Source of the DNA: Octopus bimaculoides
Lineage: Eukaryota
NCBI RefSeq assembly: GCF_001194135.2
Contig: NC_068982.1
Span: forward strand, 59,498,260-59,541,396
Length of the DNA: 43,137 nucleotides
Direction: 5' to 3'
In this document: positions 1-11,188 of the stretch, piece after piece
Numbering within the stretch: the stretch's first letter is position 1
How the letters are laid out: each line of letters starts with the position of its first letter
Made by a program: the position numbers and the translations under genes
The notes under the pieces: model-generated
The model's input: the letters and a program-made list of their open reading frames with translations, nothing else
Told to the model about the DNA's origin: nothing
Database searches by the model: none

Positions 1-290
1 AGACACATACAATAGGAATACAAAATACAAAATGGCTGATATTTAGCAAGGTGAGACACACATAAGAAGGAAGGAAACAAAGGACCACTGATGAGGTCAC
101 AGAAGTGTGACGAAAGAACTCTGGCCGAAATAAGATTAAGATTAATGTAATATAAAGCTGAAGAAAATTAACACCAAATATACAGTGCGTGTGTTTTTAT
201 TGGCTAAACTGGCAATATGACCATCCCCAAGTACAACAACATCTGTTTCAACACACGATTTCACATCAAAAATCTTGCAAAACAAATATG
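1..290 (+). mobile_element. Penelope-like (PLE) terminal-repeat / retrozyme-type remnant carrying a hammerhead motif
   Basis: Contains the hammerhead core at 82-126 and ends directly in a (TA)n/(TAGA)n tract at ~290. The PLE assignment is inferred from the known association of minimal type-I hammerheads with PLE pLTRs. Confidence 0.5.
82..126 (+). ncRNA. Minimal type-I hammerhead ribozyme-like motif, near intact
   Basis: Reads GGACCA(82-87) CTGATGA(88-94) G GTCAC-agaagt-GTGAC(96-111) GAAA(112-115) G-aa-C T C(121) | TGGCC(122-126). All core nucleotides are present. Deviations: one extra G before stem II and one bulge in stem I. Confidence 0.7.
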
Positions 291-298
291 TATATATA

Positions 299-331
<33 letters not shown>

Positions 332-360
332 TATATAGATAGATAGATATGTATATATAC

Positions 361-540
361 ACGATGGGTTTCATTCAGTTTCCATCTACTAAATCCACTC
401 AGAAGGTTTTGGTCAGCCCAAAGCTATAGTAGATGATGCTTGCCCAAGGTGCCACGCAATGGGACTGTACCTGGAACTATATGGTTGGGAAGCAACCTTC
501 TTCCCACACATCCACTCCTGCACCTACACAGCCACTCCTG
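361..540 (-). mobile_element. tRNA-headed CORE-type octopus SINE (family A), 5' half
   Basis: Reverse complement matches the head and core of the full copies at 26308 and 35500 (…GTGGCACCTTGGGCAAG…). The first ~15 nt are tandemly duplicated at 526-540. Confidence 0.85.
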
Positions 541-2189
541 TATCTCTGTGTATTTATTATTTTGGGATATACATACCATATAATTTTATATTATATTTCA
601 TATAAATAATATGTACAAGAACAAACACGCATGCACACTTTTACAAGTTTCCATACACCCTACACATTCACTTGTCTTTTGTCATAGTCCTAAATGTTGT
701 ACACTTAGGAGACAGTGTTGTTGTATTGATGAATGCTCACTTAAAACTATGTGCACACGTCTCTCATCTTGCAGCGGTAGGAGTCAAGTGTTACTATATT
801 TCAGCCATGTTTGATAAAGTTATCTCTTGGCATTGACAAGCTGCAAGCCAGAGGTTTGTGTTATGTCTGCAACCAGGACTAAATGCTTGTGAACATGTGT
901 GGAAGAGAGGGAGAACGATAGAAGAAATATAGTAGAAGCGGTATATATACATATATGTGAGATGATAGAGAGAGAGAGAGACGGTTGGGAGGAGAGAGAA
1001 GTGGGTAACACAAACAACAGCTCTGTATCTACCGACAATTCAAGTGAGTGAATGCACATGTACAATCTTAATCATTGCCGTCTTCAACAAGGGAGATGTG
1101 TCATGAGGCCAATAAAAATGACCTCTACATTGGTTTTACCACTTGTATAATGCGCCAAGTGCTCACTGCGATTCAGAAAACAAATGAATCACTGTCAGTT
1201 ATCATGAAAGATAAGTCTTTCTACTAGCTGAAGTCTGTCTTTCCAAGTGGTGCTAGGTTACCAATGTATTGATAATCTACACAAATTCATATTTTTCACA
1301 CAGATACTTACATAAATTGGCTTATAAATAAAAACAAATCCTGTAACATATCTTTCTTGACTTCCTATGTCCTGTTTAGGATTGAAGCAGTAATGACCAA
1401 TTTATATTGGACATGTTTTCAGGAGACTGTTTCCTAACCTTTCAAAGAAGCATTTTGTTTCAATCCCAGAATTCATTGCTTCCACTTTTCCTTTTTCACA
1501 TTCTGTTATAGAGAAATCAATGTAGCTTGATTGTTATATTGCAGCAGATTATTCCTAATGGATGATAATAATTTATACAGTCAATTTGTCCAACGTTCAA
1601 TAGCTGATGGCTGGAAGCAGTTGATCACTGACTCATGGTTTAAAGTTCAAACTCTGTCGTTGGTACATATGTCATGCCTAATTCAACCCTGATGAAAAAT
1701 AGGCATCACATCCTACCTTATGTTTAAAAGTTTATCCTTATTAAAAGCCTCCAATTCATATGATACAAACATACAAAAATTAATACATGAAAATAAAAGA
1801 AAAAAACTATGGAAAAGATGTCATTTATGATATCCCTAGTTTGATTATGTTAATCAAATTTCTATCTGCTTCATATGATATTGCACAGAGTATATTAAAA
1901 AATGAAGGCATGCATATTACATAACCATTTCTATAAAATTATGTCCCAAATATACATTGGCTACAATTTTTATTTCCCTGTCCATTTTTTAAGTGCTTTG
2001 TATCACTCAGGTTGCCATTCTGCTGCTATATAATTATGTTCACTAGTTTGTCAATAGCTGCCACTGCAATTTTACACTGATATTATATCACTGCCATAAA
2101 AAACAAAAAAAACACACTTTATAGTATGAGTTATAGGAGAATCCTGAATACTCCCACGTGACTGAAGTTGGACTAACCGATTCGGCTCG

Positions 2190-2492
2190 GCTTGCGAAGA
2201 CCTGTTGGGGAAAGCGAAATTGTGATGGCACCTGTACCAGTGGAGCGCTAAGAGCACCGTTCGAGCGTGATCGTTACCAGTGTCGCCTTCCTGGCACTTG
2301 TGCTGGTGGCACGTGAAAAGTCATTCGAGCGAGATCATTGCCAGTGCCGCTGGACTGTGCAGGTGGCACATAAAATACACCATTTTGAGCGTGGCTGTTG
2401 CCGGTACTGCCTGACTGGCCTTCGTGTCAGTGGCACGTAAAAGCACCCACTACACTCTCAGAGTGGTTGGCGTTAGGGAGGGCATCCAGCTG
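2190..2492 (+). mobile_element. RTE LINE 3' end / 3' UTR with ~3.5 internal ~65-bp repeats, truncated
   Basis: GAAGACCTG…AAGCGAAATTGT resembles the ORF end at 4752-4779. It is followed by TGGCAC…AAAAGCACC units and CACTACACTCTCAGAGTGGTTGGCGTTAGG, as at 15863 and 39778. Confidence 0.8.
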
Positions 2493-2553
2493 GCAGACAG
2501 TATAACCTATCTATCTATCTATTATGTACGTATATATATATATATATATATAT

Positions 2554-2771
2554 AATCAAAATAAGCAACAGGATATCAAGAAGTGATGCAGTACAACCGT
2601 TTCAAGTGGCTCCATTTAATTGAACAATGCAATCATTACATCAATTTATTTGTGCAGCTGATGATAGCTCTGCATTTAAAGTGATGTAATGATTGCATTG
2701 CTCAATTAAATGGAGCTGCTTGAAACAGTCGTACTGCATCACTTCTTGATATCCTGTTACTTATTTTAATT
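2554..2771. repeat. Long fold-back palindrome (90-nt arms, 38-nt loop)
   Basis: 2554-2643 is the reverse complement of 2682-2771 with ~7 mismatches by hand count. Flanked by (TA)n at 2531-2553 and ~2857-2877. Confidence 0.95.
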
Positions 2772-3017
2772 TTATTCACCTTACTTTGAGTTGTACGGAT
2801 AATACCAGACTGACTTGGTGCTTCAGTTTAAGTACCTAATTCAACTGAATCTCAATTATATATATATATATATATAATATGAGGGGTTTTGATATCCAGA
2901 AGACCCAAGATGCAGGTTAGGCTATGTAAGTGCTACAGAAGGACTGCAGTTAGACTCCCGGTTCAATAATAGTGGGAGTGAAGAGTCTAATGCAGGTTGT
3001 GTGTAAGTGTATGTATG

Positions 3018-3178
3018 TTAAATGAAATGAGATAACAAGGCCAAGGCAGTGTGATATTTCTAGGATATTTATAAAGAGAAAGGTAGTCTTTCAGTTGTAA
3101 ACTGTAAGACTACCTTTCTCTATATAAATGTCCCAGAAATATCACATTGTTTTGACCTTGTTATCTCATTTTATTTAA
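3018..3178. repeat. Long fold-back palindrome (79-nt arms, 3-nt loop)
   Basis: 3018-3096 is the reverse complement of 3100-3178 with ~9 mismatches, 5 of them G.U-compatible on the + strand. Confidence 0.95.
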
Positions 3179-3474
3179 TATATATGTTAATCAATGAAAT
3201 TCCAACTTTGATTTTCATGTTTTAGTATTTGCAATTTTTACAATATTGAAATAAACTAGTACTTTCTTGTGTAACACAATTATCAGGTTTATGTTGTAAC
3301 AGTTGTGTTCCACAATTAACAACTGTAGTAAAATGGTTAGATTTATCCTTTAAATAACCTCTGATGGGCTCCAACAGGCTATATCTTATGAACTGTATTT
3401 TGACCAATCAGCATGTGGCTTAGATATCATGGTTTGGTGAGTGCACCAACTGAATTCTAACCGTATTTCAACCA

Positions 3475-3683
3475 ATCCGTATGTAGTTCTTAGGGAGACA
3501 CAGAAGGACACAGGATATGACAAGGCTGGCCCTTTGAATTACGAGTACGATCAATTTTTGCCAGCTGAGTGGACTGGAGTAACTTGAAATAGAGTACCTT
3601 ACTCATGGACACAAAGTCCTGCCAGGAATTGAACCTACAACCTGACAATCATAAGTCAAATACCCTAACCATTAAGCCATGCT
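3475..3683 (-). mobile_element. tRNA-headed SINE with Nin/Deu-like central domain
   Basis: Minus strand reads AGCATGGCTTAATGGTTAGGGTATTTGAC…GGTTCAATTCC (A/B boxes), then …TCCAGTCCACTCAGCTGGCAAAAA…. Confidence 0.75.
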
Positions 3684-4089
3684 TATATACATACAAAGGC
3701 ACACACACACACTACTCCTCTTTCTTTACATAAAACAATAAAGTATGACATGGTAAAATTATCAAAAGGGAACAACAATTTTATGATAGCAATCTTAAAT
3801 TAGATTTCATGCTTATACAATTTAGCACAATAATAAAGTGACAAATTTAATCTTTCGGGTGGTTTGATGTTCTGTTTGAATGACAAAATTCATCAATATG
3901 GGCGATAGGTATGGCCAAAGCTTTGTGAAATGAATCCACCATTGCCGTTACTTAAAAAGTCTTTCTCTTGGGAAATACTATTGTCATGGAAGGAAGAATG
4001 AGAGTAAGGTATGTTACTGAAGCTTGGAATGGAGAAGTTTGATTCAGTAATTGGTAAGTCTGTTGATTTCAGTAGCTGGTTCCTCTGTG

Positions 4090-4093
<4 letters not shown>

Positions 4094-4124
<31 letters not shown>

Positions 4125-4126
4125 AC

Positions 4127-4180
<54 letters not shown>
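4094..4180. repeat. Compound (CT)n-(TA)n-(GT)n microsatellite
   Basis: Directly visible; it generates the spurious ORFs at 3893-4278. Confidence 0.95.
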
Positions 4181-4184
<4 letters not shown>

Positions 4185-4437
4185 CATACGTGCACACATA
4201 CTTGTTAAATATAGACACATAGCTTCTTTGATTTATAAGTACCTGACATCCAAAGCAGTCTTGGAGAAGGCACTGTAAAGATTATAGTTGTGTAGAAAGG
4301 CATGTATGATATAATCAATTACTAACGCAGTTGCCACTATTTATGTTATCATTGGCAGACTGACCCTCCCAAATTAATATAACAGAGAATGTACACACAT
4401 ATATATATATATATATATATGTATATACATAATACAT

Positions 4438-4779
4438 ATGTATATGCTCCGTTGGATGTGTAATGTCAATGTGAATACCCGTCAGAGTGTAAGTATCTTG
4501 AGAGAAAAGCTGAACATTAGAAGCATCAGTTGTGGCGTGCAAGAGAGACGATTGCGCTGGTATGGACATGTGGTGAGAATGGAGGAGGATAGCTGCGTGA
4601 AAAAGTGCCACACCCTAACAGTTGAGGGAACCCGTGGAAGAGGTAGGCCCAGGAAGACCTGGGCTGAGGTGGTGAGGCAAGACCTTCGTACATTGGGCCT
4701 CACCGAGGCGATGACTACTGACCGAGACCTTTGGAAATGTGCTGTGCGTGAGAAGACCCGGCAAGCCAAGTAAGATCGT
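4438..4779 (+). mobile_element. RTE-clade LINE ORF C-terminus, 5'-truncated, frame intact
   Basis: MLRWMCNV…ERRLRWYGHVVRMEE…GTRGRGRPRKTW…DRDLWK is the characteristic post-RT C-terminus of RTE/BovB-like LINEs. It starts at a (TA)n tract, stops at 4771-4773 and runs into a gap. Confidence 0.93.
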
Positions 4780-5648
4780 NNNNNNNNNNNNNNNNNNNNN
4801 NNNNNNNNNNNNNNNNNNNNNNNNNNNNNNNNNNNNNNNNNNNNNNNNNNNNNNNNNNNNNNNNNNNNNNNNNNNNNNNNNNNNNNNNNNNNNNNNNNNN
4901 NNNNNNNNNNNNNNNNNNNNNNNNNNNNNNNNNNNNNNNNNNNNNNNNNNNNNNNNNNNNNNNNNNNNNNNNNNNNNNNNNNNNNNNNNNNNNNNNNNNN
5001 NNNNNNNNNNNNNNNNNNNNNNNNNNNNNNNNNNNNNNNNNNNNNNNNNNNNNNNNNNNNNNNNNNNNNNNNNNNNNNNNNNNNNNNNNNNNNNNNNNNN
5101 NNNNNNNNNNNNNNNNNNNNNNNNNNNNNNNNNNNNNNNNNNNNNNNNNNNNNNNNNNNNNNNNNNNNNNNNNNNNNNNNNNNNNNNNNNNNNNNNNNNN
5201 NNNNNNNNNNNNNNNNNNNNNNNNNNNNNNNNNNNNNNNNNNNNNNNNNNNNNNNNNNNNNNNNNNNNNNNNNNNNNNNNNNNNNNNNNNNNNNNNNNNN
5301 NNNNNNNNNNNNNNNNNNNNNNNNNNNNNNNNNNNNNNNNNNNNNNNNNNNNNNNNNNNNNNNNNNNNNNNNNNNNNNNNNNNNNNNNNNNNNNNNNNNN
5401 NNNNNNNNNNNNNNNNNNNNNNNNNNNNNNNNNNNNNNNNNNNNNNNNNNNNNNNNNNNNNNNNNNNNNNNNNNNNNNNNNNNNNNNNNNNNNNNNNNNN
5501 NNNNNNNNNNNNNNNNNNNNNNNNNNNNNNNNNNNNNNNNNNNNNNNNNNNNNNNNNNNNNNNNNNNNNNNNNNNNNNNNNNNNNNNNNNNNNNNNNNNN
5601 NNNNNNNNNNNNNNNNNNNNNNNNNNNNNNNNNNNNNNNNNNNNNNNN
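4780..5648. other. Assembly gap. Other gaps: 7552-7651, 14936-14994, 16413-16593, 23758-24315, 26506-27255, 41556-41907
   Basis: Runs of N, most abutting (TA)n or (GT)n. Confidence 1.
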
Positions 5649-5694
<46 letters not shown>

Positions 5695-5704
5695 AGCTTG
5701 TCGC

Positions 5705-5895
5705 TGTTTGTCTCCCCACCATCACTTGACAACTGATGTTAGTGTGTTTATGTCCCCGTATCTTAGTGGTTCAGCAAAAGAGAACGATAGAATAAGTACT
5801 AAGCTTACAAAGAATAAGTCCTGGAGTGGATTTGTTCAATTAAAGGCAGTGCTCCAGCATGGCCACAGTCAAATTACCGAAACAAGTAAAAGAGT
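5705..5895 (+). mobile_element. Family A SINE, 3' half
   Basis: …TTGACAACTGATG…GATAGAATAAGTAC…CCAGCATGGCCACAGTCAAA…GAAACAAGTAAAAGAG matches the 3' half of the copy at 35500-35897. Confidence 0.88.
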
Positions 5896-7434
5896 ACATA
5901 TATTTAAAAAATCCAATAGACATAGAATCAGCAAAATTTGTGCTCCGTCTGTACATATACATTAGTGTGTGTTTGTGTTTGTGTTTGTCCCATCAATGTC
6001 GGTGAATTTACGACTGAAACAAATAAAAGAATAAAACAATGCCTGCAGAAAGTTATGCAGGGTACATATATGAGAAGCTAGAGAATACCATTTACATTGA
6101 CAAGAGTAATAGCCTCTCCTGGACTAGCAATAAGTATATCACATCTCATCTCAAAAACTGCACTCTTGCTATTCAAAAACGTATGATGACTACTAACTAC
6201 TTGATGAATGAGAATGATTAGAGTGCTTCTAGACCTCCACACAGCAATGGAAAGTGACAGTTTGAATCATACCAGGATAGAAGATATCTCCCATATCAAC
6301 AGCAACTTTCAAAAAATATTTACAAGATAGTACCATCATTTGAGACATGACACTCTCCTGACAGCCATAACTAAAGTCACACCAGAAGCAGAAAATATCC
6401 ATAATTTTAAGAATAAAGAACGCTAGTAGAACATTCCAACGAAAACAACAATAGGCTGGTCATTGTTGTAACTGGTCAGGGAACAGCTTAGTGGGTGTGA
6501 ACATCTCATCAAAAATTTTTAAAAATGAAAACATCGATGGTGAACCAATGAGAAACCAACAGTTCTTATATTCAGGTTATAGATTTTCATTTCTCCTTAT
6601 TATCATAAATTCACTGAACTATGTAACAACAGATCTGCATAAAAAAAAAAAATTAAAACACTGAGGTTCTCCAAAAGAGAACAAACAGGTTGATTTGCAT
6701 TCTTCAAATGCAATCTATGAGAGATACAAAGAAAAAATTCAAAACATTTCAAAGATTCTGTGGGAAACTTCTAGGTACACAGGCACACAATCAATATATA
6801 CATATGGAATACACATGCACACACATACATAAATAGTAATGAGACGACCCCAGTTGTCTCAACACAAAACGTTGTTTATTGTCATCCAATCTGTGGACAC
6901 AATTTGATTATGTGATGTTGATTATTTAAGCTCATGTTGATTCATCTGGAGAAAAACACATTATGGACTCTACCAGGTGACATAGATATATATTGGCTCA
7001 TTGTTGTGGATTGGCTCTTTTTGCCTTAGCACACTTATTGTGGTACAGACAATTTACTTTGCATCAGGGGTAAATTGAAATTACAATTCACCACTTCACA
7101 CTTCAGTTTCAAATTGTTGTAATATTTAGTTCGTTTTGTTATATTTTGAGTACAATATTATTCATCTTACTTTATAACAAGTAATGAAGTACACATACAG
7201 TTGTGGACTAACATATGTTCACCAACTACTTGAGTACAGGTTTATCAACATGCACTCACATACACAGCACACTTATAGTTATATGCATACCTCATTCAAT
7301 TCAGATAGCTACAAACCACAAGAGCTAACATGACTTGATTAAAAGAGCATCATTGTTTTGTTAGGGACCAGTCTGAATTCTACAGAAGAGAAAAAAATTT
7401 AAATAAATCCCAAAGTAGCATATATCTCATTTAT

Positions 7435-7488
7435 TTGCCAGCATGGGAAATGGACATTAAATGATGATGATGATCCTGATGATGATGT
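7435..7488 (+). mobile_element. RTE LINE extreme 3' tail with (GAT)n
   Basis: GCCAGCATGGGAAATGGACATTAAATGATGATG matches the tail at 18810-18840. Confidence 0.7.
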
Positions 7489-8111
7489 GTTAGGTCTTGT
7501 TTGCAAGTTGGTGTGGGTTAGAAAAGCTGTATAGATTTTCTTTATTTGGTGNNNNNNNNNNNNNNNNNNNNNNNNNNNNNNNNNNNNNNNNNNNNNNNNN
7601 NNNNNNNNNNNNNNNNNNNNNNNNNNNNNNNNNNNNNNNNNNNNNNNNNNNATATATATATATATATGTCTTTCATAACAGATTTCTAATATTTGCTATA
7701 TAAATGATAAAATAGTCTTGTGTTTGTTATGAATGTGTGGTTCATCATTCTACTAGCCATTATTAAAATAAACAGAGAGAGAGAGAGAAGAGGAGAGAGA
7801 GAATTATAATCCTTTTGCTGAACAGATTATGTAAAGTGTGGGGATAATTTAACTAAGACTGATAGTCCTTTAGCTGATCTGATTATATAAAATATGAGGT
7901 AGTTTAACTAAAAATTTTTATAATATTGATTTCTTTTGATGAGGCAAGCATAGACCAGTTTTGCAAGGAAAGGCATAAAATCTTTCAATTAGCTTCAGTA
8001 CTTTACTGGTACGTGATTTATTTATTCTAGAGAGACATCAACCAATTATCTGCTTTTTAAATAAAAATAATTTATTGATTAGAATCTATAATTAGTATCA
8101 TGTTAGCTATA

Positions 8112-8552
8112 GATAATAATGATTTCAAATTTTTGTACAAAGCCAGGAATTTCAGGGGAGTGGTTAAGTTGATTACATCACCCCACCCCCGTCCTAGACT
8201 GGTACTTATTTTATCGACTCCGAAAAGATGGAAGGCTAAGTCAACCTCAGTGGAATGTAAACTCAGAACTTAAAGATGGACGAAATGCCGCTAAGCATTT
8301 CTGTCTGACATGGTAACAGTTCTGTCAGCACACCACTTTCCGAAGAATTATAATAATGATTTTAAATTTTTGTACAAGGCCAGCAGTTAAGTCAATTACA
8401 TTGATCCTGGTGTTCAACTGGTACTTATTTTACTAACTATGAAAGGATGAGAGGTAAAGTCAACCCTGGTGGTATTTGATCTCAGACCATGAAGGTGGAT
8501 GAAATGCCGCTAAGCATTTTCCCTGGCATACTAATAATTCTCCCTGCTTGCC
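8112..8552 (-). mobile_element. Two tandem Nin-domain-type tRNA SINEs (family B), minus strand
   Basis: Copies at ~8112-8337 and ~8350-8552 are each the reverse complement of GG(C/T)GGTGAGCTG…AAATGCTTAGCGGCATTTC…CATCCTTT…ATAAAATAAGTACCAG. Confidence 0.8.
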
Positions 8553-8800
8553 TTTTTATGATAATGATAAAAATTAACCGTGGTAAAGTGTTGAACAAAA
8601 TACATTACCATATTTTGTTGCATCCCTTTATGTTTAGGTTCAAATACTGCTGCTGTCAACTATGCCTTTCACATTTCCTGGGCCAATAAAATAAAGTATC
8701 AGTCATGTACTAGGGATGTGCTATCACTGACTGTTCTGTCTCCATAAATTATTTTTGGTCTCATATCTATGTATGAAATCAATATTATCAGTTGCTATAA

Positions 8801-9240
8801 GGCAGTGAGCTGTCAAAATCAGCATGCCGACCAAAATGCTTACTAGCATTTTGTCCATCTTCATGTTATGAGTTCAAATTCCATGAAGGTCCACTTTACT
8901 TTTAATCCTTACAAGTGGTCAATAAAATAAGTACTAGTTGAGCACATGGGTCAATGTAATCAACCTACCCCCTCCCAAAATGTCTGGCCTTGCAATATTA
9001 CCATTGCCATCTAAGGTGGTGAGCTGACAGAATCATTAGCACACCAGGCAAAATTCTTAGTGACATTTCGCCTGTCTCTACATTCCCAGTTCAAATTCTA
9101 CCAGGGTCGACTTAGCTCTTCATCCTTTTGGGAGTCAATAAAATAAGTATCAGCTGAGCACTGGGTTTTGATATAATTCTCTTACCCCTTGTCATGAACT
9201 TACTGGCCCTGTGCCAAAATTTGAAATGAATATCACCATT
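8801..9240 (+). mobile_element. Two tandem family B SINEs, plus strand
   Basis: Copies start at 8801 (GGCAGTGAGCTG) and 9015 (GGTGGTGAGCTGACAGAATC). Both have AGTTCAAATTC (B box) and AATAAAATAAGTA. Confidence 0.82.
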
Positions 9241-9311
9241 GTCATCACATTTGTATTCAGTTACCACAGTAGTTCCCAACTCTTTTATCTAGATGAGTTT
9301 TCCCATGGAAC

Positions 9312-9349
<38 letters not shown>

Positions 9350-9439
9350 CTCAAAGACCCCCAATACTACCTTTACAAACCCCAAGTTGGGAACCACTGA
9401 GTTGCCACTGTAATGTCTCTGTCAACAAATTCCATTATT

Positions 9440-9680
9440 ACACTATCCTATATCATCATTGTCATTATAACATTTACGCTAGCATAAACATCATCATTGG
9501 TGCAAGCTGCTGCCACCACCGTCCCCACTACCAGCACCTCTACCTCAATTACCGCCTCCGCCATCATTCTTATCACCACCATGACCATTATCATCACCTC
9601 ATTACTACTAACACCATCACTACAACAACTACCACCACCACTATCACCACTACCAACACAATTATTGTCATCATTGTTGT
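9440..9680. repeat. Degenerate trinucleotide low-complexity tract (CAT/CAC/TAC). Similar tracts at 11750-11810, 24620-24860 and 31950-32310
   Basis: Directly visible; source of the His/Thr-rich pseudo-ORF at 9211-9711. Confidence 0.85.
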
Positions 9681-10030
9681 ACTAATGACAGCTTATCCTT
9701 TGGGAGACTGATAGTCTAAATAATCTCCCTGCAGTCATACAAAGTCCTGAATGTCTTCTATTTATCCCACTTATTTATATATGAACAATACAAAAGAGCT
9801 ATTAATTTTTACCCAACACTCTCACATTACCAAATCAGAATGACTCCTTAAGGCTATATATATATATTCAATTTTACACACCAATTAGAAGTAAGGAAAT
9901 AGGTAACCTGTATTGAAAATCTTGTTGTTTTGTCAATATTGAGCATAATTAAGTGTTCTATAATATACATAACAGAAGATATGGACAAGTTAAAGACAGT
10001 GTTTATAAAATATTTACATGAAGTAAATAT

Positions 10031-10430
10031 AGGTGAAGGCATGGCTGTGTGGTAAGACTTTTGCTTCCCGACCACATGGTTCTGGGTTCAGACCCACTGT
10101 GTTGCTCCTTGAGCAAGTGTTTTTTAGCCATAGCCTTGGGCCAACCAAAGCCTTGTGAGTGAATTTGGCAGATGGAAAGTAAAAGAAGCCCGTCATATAT
10201 GTACATACATACATATATATCTCTGTGTGTTTGTTCCCCACTACCACTTGACAACCAGTGTTGGTGTGTTTATGTCCTCATAACTTAACAGTTCAGCAAA
10301 GAAAACCAATAGAATAAGTGCCTGGCTTTAAAAAATAAGTACTGGGATTGATTAATTTGACTAAAATCCTTCAAGTTGGTGCTCCAGGATGGCTATAGTC
10401 TAATGACTAAAACAAGTAAAAGACAAAAGA
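10031..10430 (+). mobile_element. Family A SINE, full length, diverged
   Basis: Head GGTGAAGGCATGGCTGTGTGGTAAG, internal TA/TG microsatellite, tail GAAACAAGTAAAAGA. Confidence 0.9.
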
Positions 10431-10868
10431 TAATATTTTTTTCCACTGCTTAGTCACAGAAAAAAGGGCCATAAACACTTTTAACAATGGATTTTGCTAA
10501 TGACATTTAAGGACCTGGTTGGCTTCAGCAGTGATATCAATGTCATTGTAATTATCATCATTATTACTGAGAATAAAACAGGATATATAATTCTCAGAGC
10601 ACAGAGTTAGTAGCCAGATACTGAGCACATGAAAGAGCCTCTCTGTGGTTGGTTAATTTATAAAAAAATTGCAGCTGAATCTTCAAATCATACACTTAGC
10701 AAGGAGTGAGCCATCAAGTCATTTTTGACCCATTGGAAGTAGTAGCCAAATTTCTTTAAAATTACAGCCTACCACCTTAAAAAGGAAGGACATTTTGGAT
10801 AATTAATCAAAAATACAATCAAAAGATTTCTGGTTCTTGTTGAAATGTCTTTGCTCATAAATTTGCAT

Positions 10869-11188
10869 CAGTGGTTCTTAACCCCTGAGGGTCCATATAA
10901 GATTTTGGGGTTTCACACAACAATATAGTAAACTGGGGATCCACAAAAGTATTTTTAGGGCCCCTGAAAAATTGTGGTATTAGTATGTATAACAAGAAAT
11001 ATCTAGGTTTCTTTCTCTAACATTTCATATAGTTCAACCTACACAAATGAATGTGTGAAAAACAAAATAGGAATTTTGAAAGAAGTATCAATAAAACTAA
11101 TTTTTAAACATCGAATGGCTATGGGGGTCCACCAGAATAAAATTGTAATCAAAGGGGGTCTATAGATAAAAAATGGTTGAGAACTCTG
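10869..11188. mobile_element. hAT/Charlie-like MITE
   Basis: TIRs CAGTGGTTCTTAACC … GGTTGAGAACTCTG. The 8-bp flanks atttgcat/atctacaa match 5/8. Homologous to 34915-35267. Confidence 0.8.

Noticed and set aside
3893-4090. Minus-strand ORF with a protein-like Ser/Asn-rich tail (…STDLPITESNFSIPSF…HTYRPY)
   Set aside because: It is preceded by (GA)n rather than a pyrimidine tract, has no recognisable domain, and an ORF of this length is expected by chance somewhere in 43 kb.
6040-6430. Possible decayed CR1/L2 LINE 3' end (…LTAITKVTPEAENIHNFKNK)
   Set aside because: The resemblance is too faint to support by eye; it needs a profile search.
9211-9711. 166-aa His/Thr-rich ORF
   Set aside because: It is a read-through of a SINE tail, (TA)n and a degenerate triplet tract.
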